Origin: a virus
Strand: one strand, 5' to 3'
IMG/VR virus record: IMGVR_UViG_3300022225_001767
Length of the DNA: 64,000 bases
This document shows positions 9,060-19,139 of this stretch, one piece after another. The notes beneath the pieces were generated by a model, which was given only the letters and a program-made list of their open reading frames with translations, ran no database searches and was not told the DNA's origin. Made by a program: the position numbers and the translations under genes. The stretch's first letter is position 1, and each line of letters begins with the position of its first letter.

Positions 9060-10838
9060 TTACTTCTTTCTACGCCATACGCAGGCGCCCGCTAGCAACA
9101 CAGCCATCCACCCCATGCTACCACCGCCAGAGCTTCCACCGGCATTGCCGGCATTGCCGCCATTGTTGCCGCCGCCATTATTACCACCATCATTTCCACC
9201 ACCGCTATTATCCGTGGTGTCATTGATGTTGATGACCACTTCATCCACATCTACATTAATATTGTCATTAACAATACGTAGCGTAAAGCTTTCATCATCT
9301 TCCGTAGCGTCTGTCATTGTCGCAATCGCAATGCGCTTTGACGTTTCGCCAGGCTCGAAATTCACTGTGGTGTCTATTGCAGTGTAATCCTCTCCCGCTA
9401 CTGCGGTTCCATTAAATGACTTCACATTCACGGCCACAGCACCATCGCTACCGTTTTCACGAATGATGTCTACAAACGACGAGCTGCCCTCATTAACGGT
9501 TTTGCTCGCTTGCGAGAAAGAGAAAGTACCAGCATTACCTACATCATCCGACCCGATCGTGTAAGTTACAGACTTCACATCATTGTTAATCTCTACCCCG
9601 TTCGGGTTCATAACACGCAACACAAGCGTCTCACTCACTTCAAACTCGTCGTCATTAACAAGCTCAATGGAAAAAGTCGTTCGGCCTGTGCCATCATAAG
9701 TTAAAGGGATAATACCATCACCAACAATATCGTCTTTACTGATGGTGCTTGCATCATAGTCCACCACCAATTCAAAAGAACCGTGTGGCACGCCGTCTTG
9801 ACTTGCGTTAGCGGCATCGAATCGAGACCACAGTACGCTACCAGTCAATGCACCTGTACTTTCGTCCACAAATGCGCTGCCGACATCGATAGTGGCCAAG
9901 CCGTTAATATCGTTCATATCAACAATATTTCTCAACGCCCAACTAAAATCGGTTGGCGTCTCCGCGCGTTTTTCTTCAATTTTTGCAACGCCTTCTCGAT
10001 AGGCTGCGGCAGCATCTGCAACTTGCAACTCACCACAGGCTTCTCCAGTGTCTATGTCAGAGTGTGCAGGATCTGAAAAGAAGTGCTCGTCGGTATAGCT
10101 AAAACCGCGACTATCCATAATGGAATAGTTTGTGTCGCAGCGATCGCCTACAGCATAGGTCGCCAACATATAAGGCGTTGTTGTATCAGACTCTCGATTG
10201 TGTCGAAGACCATCATTGTGACCTAACTCGTGAGCCATGATGGTCACAGAGTGTTGTGTATTTTCATAAGGCGTCACTACCGCAGAATCACCACCTAGCG
10301 TGGCCTTCCCGACAAACGCATTAACATCATCAGTGTCGCGTTTAGCAATCATTACATAATAAGATGCGCCATATTGACCAAACGCGTTACTCATTGCCGC
10401 ACTGCCAGGCTCACCAGATGCGATTTCTGTAAAATAGCGAACAACAGATGACTCTGTCGTGTATAGCTCCGCGTCAACAAAATCATCTGAAATTGGCAGT
10501 ACGCCGACTGATGTTCGCGATAGGCCGATGCCTCCGCGTGCCAGTGTTTCATTATTGACGGCGATACTTTCGTCAATGAAGTTGTATAGCGCAATAGGAT
10601 CGCCATCAAAATAATCACGAAGCACGGCCTCAGAATAGAAAAACAGTATACCCGTCTCCGTTACCGTTGAGGGTGCTGGGTAATCGTAAAATGCCACTTG
10701 AGTAGGTTGTTTATTCTGTGATTCACCTACAAGCACTTTAGGTTCAAAGTATGAACTTGTAGCATGGACAGAACCTGCCGCAGTCGCAAACAAGCCCGCG
10801 ATAATCGCTGATGTTATTTTCTTTTGGTGTTGACGCAT
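9060..10838 (-). CDS. Secreted metzincin (reprolysin/M12B-like) protease with Calx-beta domain(s) and GlyGly-CTERM anchor
   Basis: Signal peptide; HELGHNDGLRH zinc motif plus Met-turn (YSIM); NGTAVAGEDY...TVNFEPGETSK Calx-beta; C-terminal GGGSMGWMAVLLAGACVWRRKK. Confidence 0.85.
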   Translation of the reverse strand: MRQHQKKITSAIIAGLFATAAGSVHATSSYFEPKVLVGESQNKQPTQVAFYDYPAPSTVTETGILFFYSEAVLRDYFDGDPIALYNFIDESIAVNNETLARGGIGLSRTSVGVLPISDDFVDAELYTTESSVVRYFTEIASGEPGSAAMSNAFGQYGASYYVMIAKRDTDDVNAFVGKATLGGDSAVVTPYENTQHSVTIMAHELGHNDGLRHNRESDTTTPYMLATYAVGDRCDTNYSIMDSRGFSYTDEHFFSDPAHSDIDTGEACGELQVADAAAAYREGVAKIEEKRAETPTDFSWALRNIVDMNDINGLATIDVGSAFVDESTGALTGSVLWSRFDAANASQDGVPHGSFELVVDYDASTISKDDIVGDGIIPLTYDGTGRTTFSIELVNDDEFEVSETLVLRVMNPNGVEINNDVKSVTYTIGSDDVGNAGTFSFSQASKTVNEGSSSFVDIIRENGSDGAVAVNVKSFNGTAVAGEDYTAIDTTVNFEPGETSKRIAIATMTDATEDDESFTLRIVNDNINVDVDEVVININDTTDNSGGGNDGGNNGGGNNGGNAGNAGGSSGGGSMGWMAVLLAGACVWRRKK

Positions 10839-10974
10839 TGTGATATCCTCATCTTCAATCCCGTATTACACGGTATGGCTCCCACGCACGCTGCATGGAT
10901 TTACCTTACAATATCAAACTTTAAATATTTTTTCAACTTTTATTCAGATTTTTGGCATGCTGTTCAGCCGCCAT

Positions 10975-11946
10975 TCATTTTCCAATGGCAGGTAAACGTA
11001 ACACCTCTCCCACCCTGATTATCCCTGACTCTCCAATCCCATTCACGTTCGCAACTTGTTCGACAGGGATGCCCGTTCGATGAGAAATTTGATACAAACT
11101 CATTCCCCGTTTTACAACCATCCTTGTCATCCCTGCTGCATCCGGTAAAGACAGAACGGTATCTGCACGCAAATCTTGGTCACTGGTCACGCCAAGGTTT
11201 CCTCTTAAGATCGCGCTCACAGGAACATTCGTCCTCTTGCTTATCGATGCCAAAGAGTCTCCTCTTTTCACCCACACCGCTTTTCTTTTCACCAAGTTCT
11301 CTATTGTGATAACGTAGCGAATGGTTTCGTAAAAAGTGGGAATGCGAATACCGCGCCTACCCTTCACCCTTGTGTGACCGGCGTTATAGGCCGCCAACAC
11401 ATGGCGAAGTTGCTCCCAGTCAGAAGGTTCAGATGCGTCACCATAAAGCAAATAAGACAACCACAGCATATATCTTGCAGCTGCATCTGCTGACGCGTAA
11501 AGGTTTGTGCGGTAGTCCTCGTTTTCTTTAATTAGACTAAAATCTTGTGCAGTTGCGGCCATAAATTGAAAACATCCTACTGCCCCGGCGTGACTGATAC
11601 TGCCCTCACACCGCCCACTCGACTCGACTTTGCTTTGGTAAAATAGCAAGTCATCGGGCAATCCATAGTAACGACTTATCGTATTTAACTTAACTCTGCT
11701 CAATTCGCCATGGCTAATGGACTGATAATATTGACGATGTTCCGCAGGTGGTATCTTTAAAAGAGAAGGGTTAGACTGGTATGCTTTCAGTCTTGGGTTC
11801 ACATAATGCTGATAGGGTATCGCAGACATGGTCGCCCCCGTTTTAGCATCGATAAATAAAGTAAGACCTTGATTGCTGTGTTCCTCATACCAAAAGAACA
11901 CGCCTAACGCGCTGCATAGCAGAACCCCGATTATTCTCTGTATCAC
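10975..11946 (-). CDS. Lytic transglycosylase (SLT) with two LysM domains
   Basis: VESSG catalytic Glu, GAVGCFQFM, LAAYNAG; two C-terminal LysM repeats; N-terminal TM segment; GTG start after GGGGAG. Confidence 0.88.
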   Translation of the reverse strand: MIQRIIGVLLCSALGVFFWYEEHSNQGLTLFIDAKTGATMSAIPYQHYVNPRLKAYQSNPSLLKIPPAEHRQYYQSISHGELSRVKLNTISRYYGLPDDLLFYQSKVESSGRCEGSISHAGAVGCFQFMAATAQDFSLIKENEDYRTNLYASADAAARYMLWLSYLLYGDASEPSDWEQLRHVLAAYNAGHTRVKGRRGIRIPTFYETIRYVITIENLVKRKAVWVKRGDSLASISKRTNVPVSAILRGNLGVTSDQDLRADTVLSLPDAAGMTRMVVKRGMSLYQISHRTGIPVEQVANVNGIGESGIIRVGEVLRLPAIGK

Positions 11947-12075
11947 TCTATCTCCCCGCTTTTTATTTTTTGTTATTATACCACTCAACACCCACAAGTT
12001 CAATAAAATAACAGGCCGTCAGTTTTAGTGCTAATGTGATAACATCAATACACAATCTATCATCTGGGATGAAAT

Positions 12076-12540
12076 ATGTCTAACCTCAAACTTTGCTTAT
12101 CATGCGGCAAGCCTCTCACCGAAAAATCATCTAGGGCCGCAGGTATGGGGCCGGTGTGTCGAGCTGAATCTTACGCTATGGCAAGGCAATCTCACGCAAA
12201 AATGGACGACCTTTTCTCATCGCCCCGGGCTGACTTTGATGTTACTAAAATTAAACGTTACTTGCTGATTGAAGATAAAGTTAAGGGTAATGCCACCGTT
12301 GAGCAAGACATTGATCATGTGCTTGATGCCTGTTTTAAAACGCACAGTATTTCCTCATGCTCCGGCGTACTGATACTCTCTCATTCAGGTGTTATCGATG
12401 CCGTTGAAATCGACAATTTAGGGAAATTCGTTGCTTTTATCCCTCTCTCTGCGCTCTCTGTTGATAGCGCTATACAGACAGCCAGCGCCATATCACTAAA
12501 ACAAACCGGCGAGCATTCAGGCTATCTCTCCATGCCTTGA
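12076..12540 (+). CDS. DUF6011-like zinc-binding domain protein
   Basis: CLSCGKPLTEKSSRAAGMGPVC. Confidence 0.7.
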   Translation: MSNLKLCLSCGKPLTEKSSRAAGMGPVCRAESYAMARQSHAKMDDLFSSPRADFDVTKIKRYLLIEDKVKGNATVEQDIDHVLDACFKTHSISSCSGVLILSHSGVIDAVEIDNLGKFVAFIPLSALSVDSAIQTASAISLKQTGEHSGYLSMP

Positions 12541-12547
12541 TGCTTAA

Positions 12548-12919
12548 TCATCGCAACGAGGCCTCATCAATGATCCCTTGCTTAATCAATCTCGGGCCAG
12601 TGATATTCTCCCAACTTTTCATTAACGCCAAAAGTCCATTGTTGCCGCCGCTATACTCAACTCGTGAAAATAGCGCAAGCAGCGATTTGACATGATACGC
12701 ATCCTGTTGGCAGGCGGCCTTTTCAGAGAACATGAGCGCTGCCCCCTTGAAGCATCTTTTTTCCATATCGATAATGGTTTTTTGAAGATGCCTAAACACC
12801 TGAGTCTCCACGAGCGTAGCTGATCGTTTTGGCACCGGGGGCTTTGTTGCCTCAGCAGAAGCGCCAAATGCCGCTGCATAAATTATTATGGCTATCAGTG
12901 ATTTCATAACAGTCCTCAT
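12548..12919 (-). CDS. Secreted hypothetical protein
   Basis: Signal peptide, paired Cys. Confidence 0.6.
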   Translation of the reverse strand: MRTVMKSLIAIIIYAAAFGASAEATKPPVPKRSATLVETQVFRHLQKTIIDMEKRCFKGAALMFSEKAACQQDAYHVKSLLALFSRVEYSGGNNGLLALMKSWENITGPRLIKQGIIDEASLR

Positions 12920-12966
12920 TTACGAGGTTTACAATATCACTACAGCAACATTTAAGCAACTATAAT

Positions 12967-13272
12967 CTACTCTCTGAATTGCGGTGGGATGACAAAAGGC
13001 AACGCCGGTGCCTCTATGTTTTCACCTTCGACACATAACTTTCCTTTGTACCGATAACGCACCACACCGTCCCCAGGCATTTTTTTCCCTACAACAACAC
13101 AACCATCATTAAGAAACACCGAAGCGTAGCCCTGATAATGCGTGACTTTCTTTATGTCACTTGCCACGATTTGTTGCACTGGCCCCGTGCTGGCTAGTGC
13201 GCCTTGACTAAAAAGCCCTGCAAAAATAAAACCTAAGATTGCTTTCATTGGATTTGGATTCCCTGCCATCAC
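12967..13272 (-). CDS. Secreted hypothetical protein
   Basis: Signal peptide, paired Cys. Confidence 0.6.
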   Translation of the reverse strand: MMAGNPNPMKAILGFIFAGLFSQGALASTGPVQQIVASDIKKVTHYQGYASVFLNDGCVVVGKKMPGDGVVRYRYKGKLCVEGENIEAPALPFVIPPQFRE

Positions 13273-13384
13273 ACACCTGCATCCTTAAATGCAATGCATG
13301 TGCCATCGAAATGATGGAATATTAATTGCATTGCTCTATTTCATATACACACTTTGCAAATTCATTTTTATTAGGGGTTTTACA

Positions 13385-14062
13385 ATGAATGTAAAAGCGG
13401 CTTTTTTTGCACTATTTGCCTTTTCCGGCATGGCGCAAGCAGACCTCGTAGCAACGGACTGGAAAACAAGCGGTGACGCTCTTGCCACACTGCATGAAGA
13501 AACGGGCATTGAGTGGCTCGACCTGACTCAAACCGACGGCATGTCTATTCAGGAAGTCATCAACCAAACTGCCCAGGGCGGTACATTCGAAGGGTGGCGC
13601 TTGCCAACTTTTGATGAAATCGACACGTTTGCTCGCTATGCGTTCAACGGAAAGCTTCCGGCCAACTCAACGCAAATACAAGGCGGAAATATTAACGAAC
13701 CTGTTTACCGTAAATTTACGGACATAATGGGCCTGACACATACGGCAAACAATAGGCGCCACGCATTCGGCTTAGGCGCAGACGATAATGGTGACATTTA
13801 TTCCTTTGGTGTATTGGGCTATACCTCAGGCGGGACATCCACGTTTTTTCGAAGTGGGTACAGTGAGGGATCTTATACCCTTGACACGGCAAGACCAGAG
13901 GCGGGCATTTATCTCGTTTCTGACGGCGGGGTGACGTACTCTTCAATCAACGATCCTACACTCAATGCGAGAAACCCAAATGCACCAATTAACAACGTGC
14001 CAGCGATGGGTTTAGCAGGCCTTGCTCTTGCAGGACTGGCGTTTAGGCGAAAAAAACAGTAG
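13385..14062 (+). CDS. PEP-CTERM-like surface protein
   Basis: Signal peptide; TGIEWLDLT motif; C-terminal NNVPAMGLAGLALAGLAFRRKKQ; sigma54-like TGGAATATTAATTGC at 13315-13329. Confidence 0.75.
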   Translation: MNVKAAFFALFAFSGMAQADLVATDWKTSGDALATLHEETGIEWLDLTQTDGMSIQEVINQTAQGGTFEGWRLPTFDEIDTFARYAFNGKLPANSTQIQGGNINEPVYRKFTDIMGLTHTANNRRHAFGLGADDNGDIYSFGVLGYTSGGTSTFFRSGYSEGSYTLDTARPEAGIYLVSDGGVTYSSINDPTLNARNPNAPINNVPAMGLAGLALAGLAFRRKKQ

Positions 14063-14078
14063 ACACACCACCAGAACT

Positions 14079-14106
14079 AAAAAGCCTTGCATTAGCAAGG
14101 CTTTTT
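14079..14106. terminator. Bidirectional intrinsic terminator
   Basis: AAAAAGCCTTGC-ATTA-GCAAGGCTTTTT. Confidence 0.85.
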
Positions 14107-14355
14107 GCTTTCTTTACTTAGTATCGCGCTAGCCTTCAGCACATCATTGTGTAATTTCTCAAAACGCTTTACCGCTCTGAATATAGAGTCTCTATTCACA
14201 CGCGTTGTCGCGTAGCTGGCCATGGAACCTCCATTAATGAGATAATTTTCAAGGCATGTCGCCACATCTTTGCTTTTACACCCAACGTGGGGAAGAACGC
14301 ACCTGATATAAGCAGGGTCAAACATTCCCTTTAGCACCTTTTTTCCATTTACCAT
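14092..14355 (-). CDS. Small HTH protein, PapB/FocB-like
   Basis: KSKDVATCLENYLINGGS...VNRDSIFRAVKRF resembles the PapB pattern; overlaps the dndC-like stop. Confidence 0.5.
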   Translation of the reverse strand: MVNGKKVLKGMFDPAYIRCVLPHVGCKSKDVATCLENYLINGGSMASYATTRVNRDSIFRAVKRFEKLHNDVLKASAILSKESKKPC

Positions 14356-17300
14356 TGCACACCCCCTTGTGCCACACTGACATCATTTAGTTTAAACGTG
14401 TTGCGGATCACACATGCTGCATTATCTTTTTTCTCCCATAATGCAGCACGAGCATCCAACGCCTCAAGCATCGCTTCTCTTGTGCCATCATTTTGATGCT
14501 TAGCCCAGCACATAAGCGTATTTAAGAACGCACCTTCGTTAAGCGCATCTTTCACATACGACACGGCACTTCGTTGCATGTCGGCCATTTTTTCGTGCAT
14601 CATTAGCGCGTGGTTGTTTACCGTTAGACGCGCCAGAGGGTTCTCCTCAAAATACTTCACCGCATCACGGTCGAGTAGCTTATACCAACCTTCAGGAGAA
14701 GAAAAATAGTCCATAAAGTGTGTCATTGCACCGTGGTATAGTAGCCAGTCACGAGGCACATTGATGTGGTCAAAATGCTTAAGCTCACCTTTCACGGCAT
14801 CCAGCATCACGAAGTAATTAGTGATTTCCTTAAAGCCTTCAATGTGATTGTTGTACAAACGCGTCAACTGCTGGCATACACCGTCAGAAAGATCTGACCA
14901 ATACTGATTGTAACGCTCTTTAAGCGCACGTCGCATTTCGTTGCGTGGTGCTCTTACGTTATCAAGTAAATATCTCGCTTTGTAGCTTCGATACGCTTTC
15001 ATATCCATCACGTCATCAATAGCAAGACCGATAGTGGCTTTTATTTCAGGTCGATATGTGCTCAGTTTAATCGGAATTCCAGCAGCACCGTCAAGCGCCA
15101 TTTGACGTAGCATGTCATCATCCAACATATACAGCCCCATCGACGCAAAATATTCCGTGCGCTTGATGATCCTTGCAGCATGACGCTTACTGTCTTGTGT
15201 TAGGTCAAAAATACCAAATCGCATCATCTGTTCAAAGGCGCGGGTACCGCTGTACTGATAAATACTTTCGCCTCGGCTTTCGCGGCGTTCCACAGTCTCG
15301 TCGTGTAACTGTAGCGCGCGCTCTATCCCATCCACCTCCATCCAATCTGCGGTACGAATATGGTCAAGCTGGTATCCACCCGTTACCGTTGACTCGAAGT
15401 AGTCCATTGTCCAATGTTGATAATTCAACTCAGGAACATATACAGGCACTGACTGCGTCACAGCCTCTTTATAAAGTGGAACCGGAGAACGCTCTTTAAA
15501 AGAGTATGTATTAAGGCTGGTGCGACCACGCTCGGTGATACGCATAACTCCACCTTTACGGCTCACTTTCTTCTTGGCACGGCGTGATGCCTGTATTTTC
15601 CTTTCCACATTTCGAGGTGATGACAAAAAGCGCTCAACCCCTTCAATGGCTGAAATAAAGTTAATATCCAGCGTTTCAGATGGGCGAAGGTGCGCATACT
15701 TTTCTCTGTCTTTAGGACTAAGAAAGTAATTGGCGTCACGCATTGGCATACGTGAGCTCATTGGCACTGGCTGCCACTCACAGTTTTCTGCTTTTTCATT
15801 GCCTAGGGTTAAAGGCATTGTGGCTGTTGGTCGCTGTGACACCGCGCCCGCCGTTGGCACCACCATAATGGCATCAGGGATATCATCAACCGTCGCACCT
15901 ACCGGGTCAACATCAGGGTAAGGGATGCGTTCACCGTTATATGTTTTGTCCCACACCGCCATCGCACGGTAGTGAGGCAGACGAACACCATCACGTGAGT
16001 GTATAAGGCTTAAAAACAACGAAATATCGGCTGACATCGGTTTTATCAAGTGACGCTGCGCATATTGCTTGTATACCGCTGCAAACTCTTCGCGATCTTC
16101 TTCACTGAGCAAAGGATCATTAATAATGTCGGCATAACCTTCATCGTCCATTTCTCGCCCATCAGCCACTAGCTGCTTAAAGCGTTCTGCACGGATGCGG
16201 TCGTCGTGTGTCGCCTGGCAAAGCAACCAGATGATTTTATCAATCGTTTTGGCGTTTAATACATTTGGCTGTAATGCCACTGCACCTGTTGTTTCATCAA
16301 CCGCTCTTGCATGCCATGTACGATTATTAATATCTTGGGCAACGTGCATGATGTAGTTTCTAACTTTAAGAATGTTGCCGCTGATAGCACGGTGACGTTT
16401 TTGCATCGCTTGCGCTTCACCAGACTTATCGGTAATACTTTTTGCACACAGGTAGCAACCAGTTCGCGCACTACCGCCACAACCACCCGCTTTTTGAGAG
16501 TCGCCTTTTAGGCGTTTTGATGATGTTGGGCAAGTGCCATCTTTTGAGTCGCTGTAAATCATATGAAGCAAACGATGGTTCTTCGCAAATGATGGAATGG
16601 GGGCGTTGCCCGAGTAGCTGTCAACCAGTGGCTTAGTGCCGGCTCGACGTAGAATAATCCACACTTCATCTGTGGTCATGCTAACAATAGGCGCAAATAC
16701 ACGTTCGTTATTTTGGTCGCACTCCACCAAGTCATCTGCTGTTAGGGTATCTTGCCCACGTTTTTTCAAAGAGGCGGCACGTTTAGCAGACTCTTCTGAG
16801 CGAGAACCAAGCAGGGTAACAACACGGTTACCATAATCTTTTGCCACTTGACGCTCAATGATCTCAGCATTGTCCACTTTCATGATTTGACTACAGTCAT
16901 TGTTAACGCGTGCCGTAGAGATTATTTTAAGACCACTAAGGAAAAGAGACGCCCACTGCTTAGCAAGAGGAGGTAGACCCACTCGCATATCGATGTTAAG
17001 CCCTTGCTTTTTACCAAAAGCGACAAGGCGATCTCGTTCATAAAGCGACAAAATTTGAACCAAGTGATTCTCTACGCCGGTATCAATGTTCGTGAACACT
17101 AAAGGGTGGTCCGCAGGCACTTTCCCTTCTTCAATGAGTTCTCTTAGCGCCTGAATAGCTGCCAGCATAACAACGGTACTGTCTTTACCAAAACTCGTCG
17201 CACACACGCACACATAGGATGTCATGATGACCTTAATGCTGTCTACGGCCTCTCTGAATAGCGCATAAGCTCTATTTTCAGCCGCAGCCGCCTCGACGCG

Positions 17301-17369
17301 ACCTGATGTTGCAGAACCTAAATCTATTCCCGCGATAAGATCTTGTGGTCGAATTGTGTTTACTGACAT
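14349..17369 (-). CDS. DndC-like PAPS-reductase-family Fe-S protein with long C-terminal extension
   Basis: PP-loop SFGKDS, CSQIMK, LLGSRSEESAKR, APIVSMTTDEVW, CP...CGGSARTGCYLC...DKS; total length 1006 aa. Confidence 0.82.
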   Translation of the reverse strand: MSVNTIRPQDLIAGIDLGSATSGRVEAAAAENRAYALFREAVDSIKVIMTSYVCVCATSFGKDSTVVMLAAIQALRELIEEGKVPADHPLVFTNIDTGVENHLVQILSLYERDRLVAFGKKQGLNIDMRVGLPPLAKQWASLFLSGLKIISTARVNNDCSQIMKVDNAEIIERQVAKDYGNRVVTLLGSRSEESAKRAASLKKRGQDTLTADDLVECDQNNERVFAPIVSMTTDEVWIILRRAGTKPLVDSYSGNAPIPSFAKNHRLLHMIYSDSKDGTCPTSSKRLKGDSQKAGGCGGSARTGCYLCAKSITDKSGEAQAMQKRHRAISGNILKVRNYIMHVAQDINNRTWHARAVDETTGAVALQPNVLNAKTIDKIIWLLCQATHDDRIRAERFKQLVADGREMDDEGYADIINDPLLSEEDREEFAAVYKQYAQRHLIKPMSADISLFLSLIHSRDGVRLPHYRAMAVWDKTYNGERIPYPDVDPVGATVDDIPDAIMVVPTAGAVSQRPTATMPLTLGNEKAENCEWQPVPMSSRMPMRDANYFLSPKDREKYAHLRPSETLDINFISAIEGVERFLSSPRNVERKIQASRRAKKKVSRKGGVMRITERGRTSLNTYSFKERSPVPLYKEAVTQSVPVYVPELNYQHWTMDYFESTVTGGYQLDHIRTADWMEVDGIERALQLHDETVERRESRGESIYQYSGTRAFEQMMRFGIFDLTQDSKRHAARIIKRTEYFASMGLYMLDDDMLRQMALDGAAGIPIKLSTYRPEIKATIGLAIDDVMDMKAYRSYKARYLLDNVRAPRNEMRRALKERYNQYWSDLSDGVCQQLTRLYNNHIEGFKEITNYFVMLDAVKGELKHFDHINVPRDWLLYHGAMTHFMDYFSSPEGWYKLLDRDAVKYFEENPLARLTVNNHALMMHEKMADMQRSAVSYVKDALNEGAFLNTLMCWAKHQNDGTREAMLEALDARAALWEKKDNAACVIRNTFKLNDVSVAQGGVQW

Positions 17370-17382
17370 GGGTATTCCTAGC

Positions 17383-17431
17383 GTGTTGACGTATTAAGCA
17401 TATCATAACAAACGTTGACCCTAGAGTCAAC
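17383..17431 (-). promoter_or_regulatory. sigma70 promoter with GTCAACAC motif and GTTGAC-N6-GTCAAC palindrome
   Basis: TTGACT-17-TATGAT-11-GTCAACAC(17390-17383); palindrome 17414-17431 over the -35. Confidence 0.75.
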
Positions 17432-17492
17432 GCCTGTATTCCATTCTATTGATGTTATCGACATCACGCCAAAGTGAACGACGGGTTTAGAG

Positions 17493-17792
17493 CTAGGCTG
17501 AACAGAGTGCGTTTTCTTTCGCAAAAGCAATAGCCTCTTTCGAATGGTAGATGATCAGCGAATGAACACCTGCCTGCAAAGGCCCGTCGCTTCCCACCTC
17601 CCACTCACGCGCGCTGGCACTTGCGGTTAGTCTGGTTACAGCCTCTTTTCGTTCACTATCAGGGAACAGCACAACCGTATAATCATGCTCACTTTTCCCA
17701 ATAATACTCATAACGGGCATGGTCAATCCGGGGCACCGTAATTCCATGGCATTGACCACGCCTCGGGACAAGTCGGATAATGCAATCGCCAT
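17493..17792 (-). CDS. Hypothetical protein
   Basis: 99 aa, starts 3 nt after the dndB-like stop. Confidence 0.6.
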   Translation of the reverse strand: MAIALSDLSRGVVNAMELRCPGLTMPVMSIIGKSEHDYTVVLFPDSERKEAVTRLTASASAREWEVGSDGPLQAGVHSLIIYHSKEAIAFAKENALCSA

Positions 17793-17795
17793 AGC

Positions 17796-19013
17796 TTAGC
17801 CCTCCTTCGCTTCTTGCTTCCACTGCTCACGGAACATCTTCACTTCACGCTCGATGTCATCAAGCTCCGGTGGCGCAGGAATGTTCATTTCTTTTAACAG
17901 ATAAGACGCGACCGCTTTATGGTTCCAAGGACGGTCTTCGTAACCACCACGGAAGTTCTTACAACGCCCCACCCACTCTTTGTTGTTATGAGTAAGGTCG
18001 ATAGTCGACCACTTGTCTAAAAGCCCCCAGTCTGCTTTACCGGGACCTTTCGCCTCCAAGTTCATCTTCACAACCTTGGCAACAATGGCCAGCGACTTGA
18101 AGAATGTGGCGGTACCAATGACCGTCTTCTCTCTTACATCAGGCGCTGACATGTCTTTGTTCATTGCGCGACCAAAGGTAGGATTTCGGCATAGTTCAGA
18201 AAAGAACTTGCTTGTAAACCCTGCGATATAAGCACGATCCTCTGGCTTTTCCAATAGGTTCTGAGCGGTGGCTTTCGTGGTGCCCGTCAGCTTCAGGATG
18301 AATGCCCCTATTTGATTGAGTGTCCATAAATACGGCGACTCTGAGCTTGATGTAACGGATGCCTTTGTGTAGCTCACATTGCCCATGAGGGGGTATTGCT
18401 GAGATAGTTCTCGGCTAAACACAGACACTACCTTTCGCGAATCCATGGCCGCTTTTTGGCTCTGATTAAAGGCCTTCGAGCTTGTGTTGATGTCCACGCA
18501 GATTTGGTTGTCTTTTGTGGCACCCATTGAGCGAATAAACTTAACGTCAAAGTGCTGTTCCGACAAATCAATGCCATCAAATTTCGATTGCATTAAGATT
18601 TCAATGCCACCACGTCGACCTTGCCCATCTACTAAATAGCGAAAGCTTTCAGCAGGTATTGTTAGGGCATACACATTCCCGACGACCGGCGTTAATGTGA
18701 AATCCTCTACAATAGCCATCAGTCCCGGAAAAATAAACACGGCGGTATTATCTTTCACATAATTTGCCACGCCATTTGCGCGTGAATGGTCTAAGTCTCG
18801 CTGGATCATGATGTGAGACGGCATATCAATATCCTGAGGCACCCGAGGGAATCCCTCAATCAAGGTGTCCATTGGCACCTTACCCACATAAGTAAGTCGC
18901 TCCCCTTCACGCCCTTCTGTGACGTAGAAAGTTAAATCTTTCTTTACACGAAGCGCATTGTAAAGCGCATTCAGTTTTTCGTTATCTTCGAATGTAAGTT
19001 GTACTGGTAGCAT
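17796..19013 (-). CDS. DndB-like (DGQHR-family) protein
   Basis: IQRDLDHSRANGVANYV...FPGL...YLVDGQGRRGGIE...DINTSSK...LWTLNQI matches the DndB layout; DGQHR reads DGQGR. Confidence 0.82.
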   Translation of the reverse strand: MLPVQLTFEDNEKLNALYNALRVKKDLTFYVTEGREGERLTYVGKVPMDTLIEGFPRVPQDIDMPSHIMIQRDLDHSRANGVANYVKDNTAVFIFPGLMAIVEDFTLTPVVGNVYALTIPAESFRYLVDGQGRRGGIEILMQSKFDGIDLSEQHFDVKFIRSMGATKDNQICVDINTSSKAFNQSQKAAMDSRKVVSVFSRELSQQYPLMGNVSYTKASVTSSSESPYLWTLNQIGAFILKLTGTTKATAQNLLEKPEDRAYIAGFTSKFFSELCRNPTFGRAMNKDMSAPDVREKTVIGTATFFKSLAIVAKVVKMNLEAKGPGKADWGLLDKWSTIDLTHNNKEWVGRCKNFRGGYEDRPWNHKAVASYLLKEMNIPAPPELDDIEREVKMFREQWKQEAKEG

Positions 19014-19032
19014 AAGTGCCTCTAAACTGGTT

Positions 19033-19081
19033 GTGTTGACTGCATAATCAACAATCTACCTGAGAGTGTTGCCATTGTCAA
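19033..19081 (-). promoter_or_regulatory. sigma70 promoter with GTCAACAC leader motif
   Basis: TTGACA-17-TAGATT-12-GTCAACAC(19040-19033); imperfect palindrome GTTGAC-N6-ATCAAC at 19035-19052. Confidence 0.7.
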
Positions 19082-19139
19082 TGTTTTTATTAATCTAAGT
19101 TTCGGTTAAGGCCTGCAACGCACGCAGGCCTCATAGAGG

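Noticed and set aside
10975-11946. Evidence for a phage lysis cassette or T4SS locus
   Set aside because: No holin, spanin, virion or tra/virB genes adjacent
14349-17369. CysH for sulfate assimilation
   Set aside because: No cysDNC/cysIJ genes; it has the DndC-type Cys cluster, a DndB-like neighbour and about four times the length of CysH
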